From assembly GCF_964204645.1 (NCBI RefSeq), contig NC_134034.1, positions 9,436,962-9,500,961 on the forward strand: a stretch of 64,000 bases of DNA, read 5' to 3'. The notes below the pieces were generated by a model that saw nothing but the letters and a program-made list of their open reading frames with translations, was not told the DNA's origin and ran no database searches. Of this stretch, positions 1-12,352 are shown in pieces. A program made the translations under genes and the position numbers. The DNA is from Tubulanus polymorphus (taxonomy: Eukaryota > Animalia > Nemertea). Every line of letters starts with the position of its first letter. The stretch's first letter is position 1.

Positions 1-3000
1 TGCCGCGGTCCGTGGCCAGTAAAGCATGCAGCTTACCCCGTGATTTACGAGGACCTATCGAACACGTAGGTGATTGGTGCCGCCGATTGTTAATGATACG
101 CACGGTTTTTGGTAGATCTCCGTCGAGATATCGCTGAAAATGGCGGCTTTTTCAACTGTAGAAAATAAGGATTAGAGTCTAGAGGGTAGGGTTCAACGAG
201 GTGGCCACTCACCCGAATAACCTGAACAAATTCTCAGGAGTTTGACAAATTTTACCAAAAACCTGGAAAACTTGTGGTATACTTGACCACGCGTTCTTTA
301 TCAATACGTCATTCAATAAAAAATGAATGAATTGTAACATTTTGAATATAGAAATTTCTCTGATTCATTCAGTGAATTTTGTCGAGGCACATGGATATAT
401 CAGGGAAATCTCAGGGGACTTGTAAATGAGTTGAATGAATGTGGCCACCCTGTTAAGGTTCTAGGAGGTTAGGGTAAGGTTTATTTCATGTTCCGGCAGT
501 TGACCTTGATAGCTCAGTTTATGGTAAGAGCGCTGAATTGTAATTTTATCACTTGGAATTAGACTGGGATCTACCGAAAACCACAATATGTACACTTGAT
601 AGAAACACCGTGGCGTTTCTTGTTGCATTTTGTACACATCAAACACCCCTACCCAAAACAGGACAATCCTGCCTTAATCATCCCTTCTAAATTCCTCCCT
701 TACTTTCAGGACTAATTCTCCACACTGGTAATAATAACAGGGCTCATAGCAAGTCTCCTCATTGCTTTAAAGTCCTTACTTTTGAAAACAGTTAAATAAG
801 GCCCTTAAAAGTGTTTACTTTTCGCAACAACTTTGCTAGATTAGGTAGAAAACTCTATCCATCGCATGAGTACAACGAAGCACCAAGAGCCAGTTCAATA
901 GGTTTCAACCTCTTAACTGTTCATAATCGGAATGTGCTAATTTTCCTGATGTCTGCCCCAGTGAGGCTGCACTGCAACAATGAAATAACAATGAAAGATG
1001 GACTCATGAAATAGCTTGTTTAAAACGGTTAGCCCTTTCAGTGCTGGCTAATTAATCCCTATAGTGCTGAAGATAATTTGAAAATTCTGAAAAATTTCAC
1101 CCTAGTGTGTTGAATAACGGGAATAGCACTGTAGTGTGTCTACACCCTGGGGCGGTATATCATTAGTTACTAATATTTCACTATGTTTGACAGGTGCTGC
1201 CATTTTTCAAGAGAGATGATTAGTAATTACTAATTAAATCAATACACCACAGTGTGGTGTACTAGCAAAATCCATCACTGATTCGTACACCGCACTGCGG
1301 TGTAGACGCACTGAAAGGGTAAAGGGGTGATTATACGGCCCTGGTCTCGCAGTTGAATAAAAAAGGTGAAAGTTATTCGATGAAACTGGACGAATAGGTG
1401 AAAAATTGTTTTCCCATTACGGAATTTTAATACTCATTCAACTGCGGAACTGGAGCAATGTTGCATCCAATTAATAACCTAGATTGAATCTTGATAGATT
1501 CTCTGCTCACTATGTGTCACTATCATGTTGCCACTATGAGTTATCTCATAGGTCCAGTTCTGCCATCATTGCCACTATGAGTTATCTCATAGGTCCAGTT
1601 CTGCCATCATTGCCACTATGAGTTATTTCATTGCTGATTGTTTTTATTGACTGTTAGATATTTTTATTCTTCAGACACAGTTCAATGATTAGCTGGCAAT
1701 GTGAACTTACTCGGCTTCAAGTTTTAATTGCTCATCAATGAATTTTGAACGATGGCAGACTATTTAATGGCTATAAGATAACTCATAGTTACTAGCAACT
1801 GGGTGCTACACTGTATTACCACAGTGACAGTGAACATGCTAATTACCTTGATTTATATCTTATCATTATTATTATTATTATTATTATTAGTCTTGTTCAT
1901 TTTCATGTTTTTTCTGTATGGAATTTCAGGACTCTTCATCAGTAGTTGGTTGTGGTTCCACTGCGGGAAGTGTTGTTAATACCGGTGTTGGACCTACTTC
2001 CCCTATTTCTCCTATAGATGAAGACCGTTTTATGGTATACACAAACCCTTTTCTCAATATTTTTGAAAAACAAAAAGATTTTATGTTTCCAAAGTGACTG
2101 TCTGTCAAAAGTCTAGATCAAGTCATTTTCATTTACAGTCAATGTCTAAAGATCTACGTGATGTGATGCAAATTCCTGGCAGTGATGGCGTTGCGTATAT
2201 TATTAAGGTGAAATTCCGAAATGTTTATTTTTAGTTCAATTTTGAGAATGAAAAGATTTACAATAGAGCATTTAAGCATTCAGAGTAAATTAAGGGAATC
2301 TTTAGTTTTTTGTGGGTTTTTTTATGAAAACCAAAGCGAATTTCCGATCAATTTCACCGAATAAATCTTTTGAATTATGTTTTTAGTTGTGAAATATATG
2401 ATTTTTATCGACTAGCAAGAAATTTGAAATTTTTATTTTCAGCCATCTGACAAAAGAGCTTTATTGAATAAAACAAAAATCCAAGATGGCGGCAAAAAAG
2501 TCAAGTAAGTCTTTTTGCCAATTGTTTGACACCTAATCATACAGAACACTGACTGCTCTTGAATTCTTTCCTGTCATTAGTTAGTTTCTAAAAACTTTTT
2601 CAAGATTTATGCATCTTATTTTCCTTGATTATTTTCTTTTAGGAAAAACTGGTCCGTGAGTTACGTAGTTTTAACCGGGTCGCAGCTAGTGTTGTATAAA
2701 GACCAAAAATCGGCTCAAGCAGTGAGTACAACAACTGTCAGCGAGCAACTGGTAGTTCCTCGCCACCCTCAATCAACCCTCGTTCAAATACCAGACAGAT
2801 TGAAATGAGAAATCTGCTGAAAAGAATACTGAGAAAAAATCGTGAAAATGTCTGAAAAATTAATGATTAATGTCTATCAAAATACAGTCAAACCCGCTCA
2901 ATGCGGACAATATTTTCAATCGATTTGATCATTAATATACAGGAAAATAAATTTCAGACCAGATTTCCCATAAACCTTGGTGCATACGTCTGAATTTTCT

Positions 3001-6000
3001 CTCCGCTGCCTCGATATCAAACTTCAATTGTATTTATTTTTATTTTCCGTTGACAGAAAGCTAGTTCTCCAATTGGTAAACCGGAAACTGTGATCGACCT
3101 TGGCTCCGTTGAATTGAGTTGGGGAAATAAAGACGTCACGAGTAAGAAAAATGTTTTACAAGTAAGTCGACGATATTGTTAGCTTTTGCTCGAAATGTAT
3201 TCAATAATTCAAACAGCTCAACTCGGAGAGGTGTTTACAACTCGGGTTCCACAGTTTTGAGTCAGAGTAAACTCTTTACATCAGATAAGGCCTGGTTTAA
3301 GCGTGGACCACAAAAAAAATGTATATTTTTGACCTTATTTGACTACGAATTAATTCTTTGAAAAAGATGAAATACATTATGACATAGAACTTTGAAGTCA
3401 AGAAAAAGATGCCTTTACTCCGAACAAACTCCAGTTTTGAAGGTAAACCAGACTTTGTGCCTATGGGCGATTAATTTTATGAAATGATCTGAATTTCAGA
3501 TATCGTATAATGGTGCTGTATATTTATTACAATTCGACGATGGATTAATGATGCATGAATGGTACACGGCGTTGAAATACGCTCAGGAACTTGCAGTAAG
3601 TACGCCCCAGAAAAAACACCCGTACGACGACCGACCGACCCAGCTCCACTGTCTCGGGTTGAAAGGAGTTTGAATTGGGATCCAGTTCTACAGTTGTGAG
3701 TTTGGATTGAACTAGAGAGTTAACTCATCAAAAATCAACTAATTTCAACTTGAGAATTAACTCATCGAAAATGAACTAATTTCAACTCTAGAGTTAACTC
3801 ATCGAAAATGAACTAATTTCAACTCGAGAGTTAACTCATCGAAAATGAACTAATTTCAACTCAAGAGTTAACTCATCGAAAATGAACTAATGTCAACTCG
3901 AGATTTAACTCATCGAAAATGAACTAATGTCAACTCGAGAGTTAACTCATCGAAAATGAACTAATGTCAACTCGAGAGTTAACTCATCTGTGAACCTGGA
4001 TCCAGAAGGCTGTGAACTCACTCCCGTGGTGGAACTGGTTCAACATGTTTTATTTATATTCAGGTATGACCTGGATGCGGGTGCTTTTTCAGAAAACTAT
4101 TTCATAGCTCGGCCTTAAAAACTAATTTCAATTGATTAAATCTCGGGACCCAGTTCCACAGTTGTGAGTTAGAGTTAACTCTGAGTTAAAGTTAGTTTAT
4201 TTTCGATGTTTTAACCCAGGGTCAAATCTTAACTCAGAACTGTGGAACTGGACCCTGGTTACTAACATCTATGTAGTTATGCCATTAACTAAAGATCCAG
4301 CTCCATTGTCCAGTCCCAATTTATGCATTAACAGTTCAATTTACTATGTGTAAGTAGTCGTTTAGAAAATTACTGAAGTCATCTCCATTTTTCAGACTTA
4401 ATTTGTATTTCCATTTCAATTTCCAAAGTCGTCATTTGTAAGTCATCTCATTCCTAAAGTCATTGCTATTTAGTCCCACTACTTTTTAGTTCTAATTAGT
4501 GTATTTCCAATTCAATTTACTAAGTGTAAGTCATCATTTGGATAAGTCATCAACGTAGACCTAAGTGAGTTTGACTGTAATTTTAACTGCAGAGTCATTG
4601 GCTTTCGAGAACTCAGGAACTGGGTCAATCAATAAAAGTCCTGCAGTCCTGATACATCAGGTTCTGCCACTATGAGTCATAGCTGATCCTGATCCTTCTA
4701 CACTCAGCCAAGGCACAAAGCCCTGCCACACTAGACTGTGCAGTGCACCAATCAGATTGCCTGAGACAAATTTCACGGATAAACTATAAATGGGAAAACC
4801 GGGGGTTAAATAAAACAGGATATCTGATTGGCTATTAATGACATCATCAAAGCTGCACGTGTAGCTGCGCACTCAGTCTAGTGTGGCAAGGTTTTGTACC
4901 GTGGCGAGTCTCGATGCCATCATGTTCGAATCCCTGCCGGGGAGGATGGTTTGTAAGTTAACTCCCGCGACAGAGTGTAACACTTTTTAGTTAGAGTTAA
5001 CTCAATCTCAGAACTGTGAAAACGTCTCGCCTGTTTATGAGTCGGCGCCGAAATCTGTTTCGATGAAATACTGCGTTGTATATTTTTGCAGCGTAAACTG
5101 GGAGATGCGGCTCCGCGAGTATTAGACATTCCTCAAGTGGTACGATCATTATATATATAACGGCATGTTTTATATCGATTTGACGACGCGATGAAACCTC
5201 GTTTTAAAACAAACAACACGATTTCTGTTTACGATCACGCTGAATTCTTTATACTTTGACGGTGAAATTTTACAGGGCATTAGTTGGTGCGGAATGCATT
5301 TCAATTTCTAGTAAGATACTAAGAGTTGAAGTTAGAGTTGACAGGGCAGCCACTTACCTGGCAATTGGCGGCTCGAGGAGTAATAGGCAGGATGGATTCA
5401 GGCTGCTCGAGGACTAATGGGTTAACTCTCCAGTCAAAACCGACTGATTTCCACTGAATGTTGGTTTGTTTCGTAAGACAAGGTTCTGTCTGTGTCATCA
5501 TCACTGACCGCGTCAAATACTGGTGCCTTGAGAATGAAACGGAATTGGTTTTATGCGAGAATTTGTGAATGCATTTTTGTACCCCCCTCTTTAACCCCCC
5601 TCCCTACCCCCTTTCAGTGGAGTGTTTGTTCCGACATCAAAGGTGGACGGATGACGAATTATTCCTTCTACAGTGAGCCACCGATCTTGGTGCCCAGTTC
5701 CACACTGAAATTACCAACTATGCCACTAAATGGCGATAACAGTCGGTTTTATGTACGTAGTGAACATTTTTAAAATTCGAAGTCTGGATCTTTAAACTCC
5801 TGAAAATGTTCTACTCTCTGTGTTTGGTGTACTTTTCTCAGAACTGATAGGGTTGATAATTAGTTAACCAAAACTGTGTAACTGGGTTCCAGGCGTGTAT
5901 TTTTTTACCAAATAATTTCTATTCTATTTAAGCATGTGATTTTTCGCTCTACTCAGTTTTACGAGCATGTATATCATAAAAACATATCATGTCTTCACTA

Positions 6001-9000
6001 TTTCTATAAAGGATGTTTTCGAAATTAATATTTTTTGTGCGAATTTGTTTTTTTTTCAACGCAGTTCGCATGGAAATGTTCAAATCGCAGCGTAAGTCGT
6101 GCGCGTCGTTATAATCGTAGCTCTCCTAGTGGTCAGATTATGATTTAGCGCAGGAAGGACCACCCTATTCTGATCAGATGCTTCAGTAACTATTTATTTA
6201 AGACAATTTGAAATAGTTGAGATACATTTTTCAATCGCAATAACAAACCACATTTGATTCACAGGATTTAAACCTGGTAGCCATGAGCCATGATTACCTG
6301 CTAAGAAATGAATGTTGAAGAGTCTCACGATGTCATCAGGTTCAAATCCCTGTGAGGGAGGATGTGTCTACTATGACAGGGGTTTGTCCTATGACAGAGT
6401 CTCATGATGTCATCAGGTTCAAATCCCTGTGAGGGAGGATGTGTCTACTATGACAGGGGTTTGTCCTATGACAGAGTCTCATGATGTCATCAGGTTCAAA
6501 TCCCTGTGAGGGAGGATGTGTCTACTATGACAGGGGTTTGTCCTATGACAGAGTCTCATGATGTCATCAGGTTCAAATCCCTGTGAAGGAGGATGTGTCT
6601 ACTATGACAGGGGTTTGTACTGTGACTGAGTCTCACGATGTCATCAGGTCCAAATCCCTGTGAGGGAGGATGTGTCTACTATGACAGGGGTTTGTCCTAT
6701 GACAGAGTCTCATGATGTCATCAGGTTCAAATCCCTTTGAGGGAGGATGTGTCTACTAGGGCAGGGGTTTGTACTGTGACAGAGTCTCATGATGTCATCA
6801 GGTTCAAATCCCTGTGAGGGAGGATGTGTCTACTAGGACAGGGGTTTGTACTGTGACTGAGTCTCACGATGTCATCAGGTTCAAATCCCTGTGCGGGAGG
6901 ATGTGTCTACTATGACAGGGGTTTGTACTATGACAGAGTCTCACGATGTCATCAGGTTCAAATCCCTGTGAAGGAGGATGTGTCTACTATGACAGGGGTT
7001 TGTACTGTGACTGAGTCTCACGATGTCATCAGGTTCAAATCCCTGTGAGGGAGGATGTGTCTACTATGACAGGGGTTTGTCCTATGACAGAGTCTCATGA
7101 TGTCATCAGGTTCAAATCCCTGTGAGGGAGGATGTGTCTACTAGGGCAGGGGTTTGTACTGTGACAGAGTCTCACAATGTCATCAGGTTCAAATCCCTGT
7201 GAGGGAGGATGTGTCTACTAGGGCAGGGGTTTGTACTGTGACAGAGTCTCATGATGTCATCAGGTTCAAATCCCTGTGAGGGAGGATGTGTCTACTAGGA
7301 CAGGGGTTTGTACTGTGACAGAGTCTCATGATGTCATCAGGTTCAAATACCTTTCATAGTATGAATTGATGATTTTGTTTTTTCTATCATATATCGATAT
7401 ATCGTTATATTCTAATGATATTTATGCTTTTTCTTCACAAAATATTTTATCATTGACAAATCCTGACTTTTTCAGCCGTGTTAAAGCTCTCCTGCGTAAA
7501 TCGGAAACATGCACATGTAATTGATAACATGTACATGTGACTGATAGTACATCGTAGTACATAGTATATTGTACAACATGTACATTTAATCAGAGTGGCC
7601 ACTAACCTGGAAATCAGGGAAAAGTCTGGGAATTTTCTTTTCTTAAGGAAAAATGTCCGGGAATTTTGTTTAAAAAAAAGAAGTTTAACCCTTTCCGTGC
7701 TAACTAATTGATACCCTATAGTGCTGGAGATGATTTTGAAAATTTTAAAAAATTCCACCCTAGTGCGTTGAATAACTGGAATACCACTATAGTGCGTCTA
7801 CACCGCGGCGCGGTATATCTTTAGTTACTTACATTTCACTATGTTTGACAGGTGCTGCCATCTTTCAATAGAGATAAAAACTAATTACTAATTACATCAA
7901 TGCACCACAGTGCGGTGTACTAGCAAAATCCATCACTGATTTTTACCCCGCACTGCGGTGTAGACGCACTGATAGGGTTAAAATCAGGGAAAGTCTGGGA
8001 AATTAGTTTAAATTTTTAGATTGGATCTCACATAATCTGTAACAGATTGGATTCTTAGCAAGTCAAGTCAGGGAAAACAACTAACATGTCTGAGAATAGT
8101 CAGGGGAAAAGTGGCCACCCTGTTAATTGGTAACATGTTCATTTAATCTTTATAACGTGTACATTTGATCTATATAACATGTACATTTAGTTTATATAAC
8201 ATGTACATGTCATTGATAACATGTACATTCAATTGTTATAACATGTACATGTCATTGATAACGTATATTCCTACATGTGCATGAATTATAGATTTCTCTG
8301 CTTGGCTTTTGACGTATGATATCTGGTTGTGTGTTTGATTGGGCCGAGAATAATTCAACCAAATTTCAACTTCCATATTACGGTGAAAATTAAAATATGG
8401 CTTTTTTTCTGAGAATTCTATGAAGATTCTAGTTTTTTTTTCGAGAAGTCTTTTAGCCTGGTTAATCAAGATGCTGGATTATATTTTTGGATCCATCTTT
8501 AGGTAGAATGATAGCCGCACAATCGCGTGCAGACGACAATTAGGTCCGGTCAGAAATACTTGTGTGAATGCGACTAATGTTGAGATATGGATTACTCATT
8601 CATCCAATTAATTTCACTTATTTTAAAATCATCCGCAAATTAAGGCGTGTTTGTTAATTTCGTAACTAGCGCGATGACAGTGTGGTTTTGTTTTTCGATT
8701 ATAGGTGGAGTTATCGGCGCAGGGTGCGAGTAAATCGGCTGAGAATCTATTATCACCCCCAGCCGACGATACGCCCTCTAGTGGCAGTACTAGTAGTAGC
8801 AAAATAAAGCGTAGTTCTAGTAAAAAAGGTAAGTATTACGTTGATGTTCGAGAATTTGAATTTTATAAATGCTTTTAATTTAACAAGTTTTACAACAAAT
8901 TCATTAAAATCTGAACAAATTATTATCAAAAGATTTACAAAATACTGAGTCCATTTTTCGCAATAAATTAAATTTAAGCACAAATTTACAACAAATTGGT

Positions 9001-11961
9001 TTCATTGCAACAAACTTAGTCTGGTTTTAATGACAAATTTTGGCCGCATGAACAAAATATTTACCTGGTATCCATATTTAGCGACAGATTTGTTCCAAAA
9101 TAGCGACAAATTGATTCTAATTTAGCATCAAATTTATAAGAAATAAATTAACAAATTTATCCAAAATTATCAACAAATTGATTCAAAATTATTAACAAAT
9201 CAATTTGTTGAATAACAAATTAAGTCTGATTAGATGTGGAATATTACGGCCTGATACGAATTGTATGTTTATTTTTCCGATCAGGTGCTAAAGGCTCGAC
9301 CGATGAATCACCGGTAAACAAGACTAAAATTCGCGAGCGTCTGTTGAATTTTTTCACGCGACGCCCGACGGCCGAGGTGCTACGGGCGCAAGGTATTCTG
9401 AAATCAGCCGTGTTTGGCTCGCACATCAACGAGGTGTGCAACCACGAGTCGACGACCGTTCCACGTTTTATACACGCCTGTATCACCGCTATAGAAACCA
9501 AAGGTACGTTCTGGTTCGGTTGTTAATGGGTTAAAGACCTTAGCCAGGAAAGGCGATAACTTAAGAATTAGTCGAGGGTCATGATATCCGCTATAAAGTG
9601 ATGAGTAAAACTCCCGCGATAAATGAATTTATGTCAAAAGTTTATTTAGAAAATTAGAAATATTTCGGTGGTAGTTACCAAGGCCTTTTAGGCTGAAGAA
9701 GCGTGGCCACCTGAAATATTTCTAATTTTTTGAAAATAACATTTTAGATGGATTCATTGGTTGTGTGATTTTTACTCGCAATAACTTAAGTTACACAGTT
9801 CGTCTAGGTTACTCGAACTTTCATCAATATAAGCAAGCTCGCTATCATTTAGTCAATTACTTGGTAGCTTTTTCGTAAGATAAGAAAGAAATCTGTTCTT
9901 GCATAAATCGATAAGCTGATTGGCTATAGCTGTGAACTGCCAAATTGAAGATATTGATATCTTTATTTTGTAGGTCTTTCAGTAGATGGTATTTATCGAC
10001 TTAGCGGAAATTTAGCTCAAGTTCAGAAAGTTCGCTTCCTAGTCGATTCAGGTAAAGTTCACATTCTAGTCGATTTGGGATAAAGTTCACTTCCTAGTCA
10101 ATCCTGTAAAGTTCACATTCTAGTCGGTTCAGGTAAAGTTCATCTTCTAGTCGGTTCAGGTAAAGTTCACATTCTTGTCGGTTCAGGTAAAGTTCACATT
10201 CTAGTCGATTCGGGATAAAGTTCACTTCTTAGTCAATCCTGTTAAGTTCACATTCTAGTCAATTCAGGTAAAGTTCTTTAGTTTTCTTAGTCCATTCCGG
10301 TAAAGTCTGCTGCTATGTTTTTTACCGACCGATCACACGTGTACAAAAATGTCCGATAATCGACATTTGTATTCATTTTTCTTTATCTTGAATTCTACAT
10401 TTCAGAAAATGATTATGATTTATGCGAGGCTCAGTGGGACGTGCACGTTTTAACCGGGGCGTTGAAGTTATTTTTTCGCGAGTTGAAAGAGCCGATAATT
10501 CCGTACGATTTCTACGACAAATTCCGAGTTGCTATGAGTACGTATTCATCCCCCCAGTGGAAAAAAAAAGAAATTTTCGATTTTGAAGAAAATCTTGACG
10601 AAATCCGAATAATTTTTGATCGCGGGGTCAAGGGTCCCTACGACTTCTTTATTCCTTAGATCTAAAGGGAAAAAATGCTTTGATTGGTTCTAAACAGAAA
10701 ATGCTTTGAAAGGTACTTGAAACTCCTTTAATTTGGGCAAAAACACCAAAAATTCCTTCAATTTTGAGAAATGGCAATTAAGAATATTTGTAGTTGTGCA
10801 GAAAATTATGCCTAAAATGGTACAGTCGGGACCAGGGTTGTTTTTACCCAATTAGGCAGTGTCTGAGTAGGAAACTGAGTTTAGGTAATGTAGAGGATAA
10901 GAATTAGCTTACAAAACAACCAAATTAACGGTTCACCGAGATAAACAGTACCGATTTAAGGAGAAGTCTACTGTAATTGGGATATGAAAGTGATGCAGGA
11001 ACTTTGAAATTTTCGACTTTTAAAACTCCTTAAAAAATCCTGGAGGAATGACCGATTTGTAGGCGCCCTGAAAGTTTTGAGAGAGAAGTGAAAATTCCTG
11101 AGTTCATTAATCTGTCCCCTAAAAATGTATTATTCATCAAAAGATATTCCGTTGAGTACAATATATTTATAATTCAGGGATTATTAACTTGTTTCATTCA
11201 TTGTATTGTGTTTGTGATTTTTTAGCTGTGATGGAAAGGCACAAGAAGCTTCAGATCGTGAAAGATTTAGTGCGAGTTTTGCCGAAAAATAATTACGACA
11301 CTTTAAACGTTCTGTTCACTCATCTAAGGAAGTAAGTCGCCCGAAAATTACTTTTTCTGGGGTCGCTCTAGAAGGGTCTATTGGACTGCTAGGGGATTAT
11401 AAAGGAGTAACGTAGGCTCAATTCACTTTGTTGTTGGATGGTATCATAGGGTAATTCTATGATGGTAGCTATCTTTTATAGATCAATTCACATGTCTCGG
11501 GGGGAGGGGGGAAGATTAATCTTCCTTGATGGATTTGATGAGGCCATAAGGGGTTTTATCGGGATAAACATATTTATTAGATCACTTCCCTTCATAGGGG
11601 AATAGCAGTAACCATACCATGTTTGTTGGTGAATCTGATGATGTCATAGGGGCATTTATAGAACAGACATCTCTAGATGTACCAATAGATAAACAATATG
11701 ATGTTGTAGGGGGATTTATGAGGCAAACATCTTTTCTAGATGTACCAATTGATCAATAATGTGAATTTATGTATTTTCAGGGTAACGTCATTCAGTAAGG
11801 AGAATCGAATGGAGCCGCAGAATATCGCAATTGTGTTCGGCCCAACGTTACTCTGGCAGAAAGACGAAGAATTCAATCAATCGATGCATATACGCTCTGT
11901 ATTTCAAAACACTATCGTTGAATTCCTACTTCTCGAATACGAGAATATATTCATCGTGTAG
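1..11961 (+). CDS. Rho GTPase-activating protein, ARHGAP12/15/27 family (PH + RhoGAP), 5'-incomplete, multi-exon
   Basis: Exons inferred from AG/GT sites: <1-65, 1930-2034, 2139-2207, 2443-2504, 2643-2721, 3057-3161, 3500-3595, 5092-5139, 6065-6091 (tentative), 8705-8828, 9285-9503, 9974-10051, 10406-10537, 11226-11331, 11781-11961 (TAG). PH domain LLNKTKIQDGGKKVKKNWSVSYVVL...TSKKNVLQ...EWY; family motif FFTRRPTAEVLRAQGILKSAVFG; RhoGAP motifs GLSVDGIYRLSG (arginine finger), DVHVLTGALKLFFRELKEP, NRMEPQNIAIVFGPTLL. Confidence 0.92.
1033..1319 (+). mobile_element. piggyBac-type MITE (CCCTTTCAGTGC...GCACTGAAAGGG), copy 1
   Basis: 12-bp TIRs; degenerate TTAA flanks; homologous to four other copies in the window. 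Confidence 0.75.
1529..1631. repeat. 41-bp tandem repeat (~2.4 units)
   Basis: TGCCACTATGAGTTATCTCATAGGTCCAGTTCTGCCATCAT repeated. Confidence 0.8.
3678..4005. repeat. MITE (GGATCCAGTTC..ACAGTTGTGAG family) containing ~7.5 tandem 37-bp units
   Basis: Unit GAGTTAACTCATCGAAAATGAACTAAT(T/G)TCAACTCGA at 3716-3988. A single-unit relative with TIRs is at 4147-4257. Confidence 0.75.
4713..4900. mobile_element. Foldback/MITE with ~30-bp TIRs
   Basis: GCACAAAGCCCTGCCACACTAGACTG ... CAGTCTAGTGTGGCAAGGTTTTGTAC. Confidence 0.55.
6320..7351 (+). repeat. 77-bp tandem satellite (~13 units), tRNA-like
   Basis: Unit GATGTGTCTACTA(T/G)GACAGGGGTTTGT(C/A)CT(A/G)TGACAGAGTCTCATGATGTCATCAGGTTCAAATCCCTGTGAGGGAG; period 77 (6361, 6438, 6515). 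Confidence 0.95.
7591..8122. mobile_element. MITE with CAG(A/G)GTGGCCAC TIRs, interrupted by piggyBac-type MITE copy 2
   Basis: CAGAGTGGCCAC...GTGGCCACCCTG, with TTAAT on both sides; related copy at ~197-452. Confidence 0.6.
7689..7977 (+). mobile_element. piggyBac-type MITE, copy 2
   Basis: TTAA|CCCTTTCCGTGC...GCACTGATAGGG|TTAA; nested in another MITE. Confidence 0.8.
10027..10306 (+). repeat. 27-bp minisatellite overlapping a RhoGAP exon/intron junction
   Basis: About 10 units of AAAGTTCACATTCTAGTCGGTTCAGGT; the first unit is the exon end. Confidence 0.9.
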
Positions 11962-12136
11962 CCGGCGCTGTCCGTCTCTGTCCGACGCGCGGTGGTGTGT
12001 GTCCGTCTGCTGTCTGCGTGCGTTCATTCGTAATCCGACTACGAAAATTATCGAAATAACCGTCAAAAATTTTTCAGCGTAAATAATAACTTGAATACCA
12101 AATATTTCTATGTGACCTGTTCACAGAGAAGTTCAT

Positions 12137-12352
12137 CCCAGTTCCACAGTTGTCTCTGGATCCAGTTCAAACAGTTGTTTGGGTTTAATTTGTCTCTGGA
12201 TCCATGATTCTGAACCCTGTTCCACAGTTGTTTGGGTTTAATTTGACTCTGAACCAGTTCCACAGTTGTGAGGGTTTAATTTGTCTCTGGATCCAGTTCA
12301 AACAGTTGTGTGGGTTTAATTTGACTCTGAACCCAGGATTCTGAACCTAGTT
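12137..12352. repeat. Tandemly repeated MITE ends (CCAGTTCCACAGTTG...TTTAATTTG) downstream of the RhoGAP stop
   Basis: Four or five imperfect ~40-bp units. Confidence 0.6.

Noticed and set aside
5352-5363. ACTTACCTGGCA matching the U1 snRNA 5' end
   Set aside because: Similarity stops after ~12 nt.
6320-7351. Tandem arrays as CRISPR arrays or hammerhead retrozymes (the minus strand contains CTGATGA)
   Set aside because: Units are head-to-tail with no unique spacers, there are no cas genes, the context is eukaryotic, and no GAAA core follows CTGATGA.
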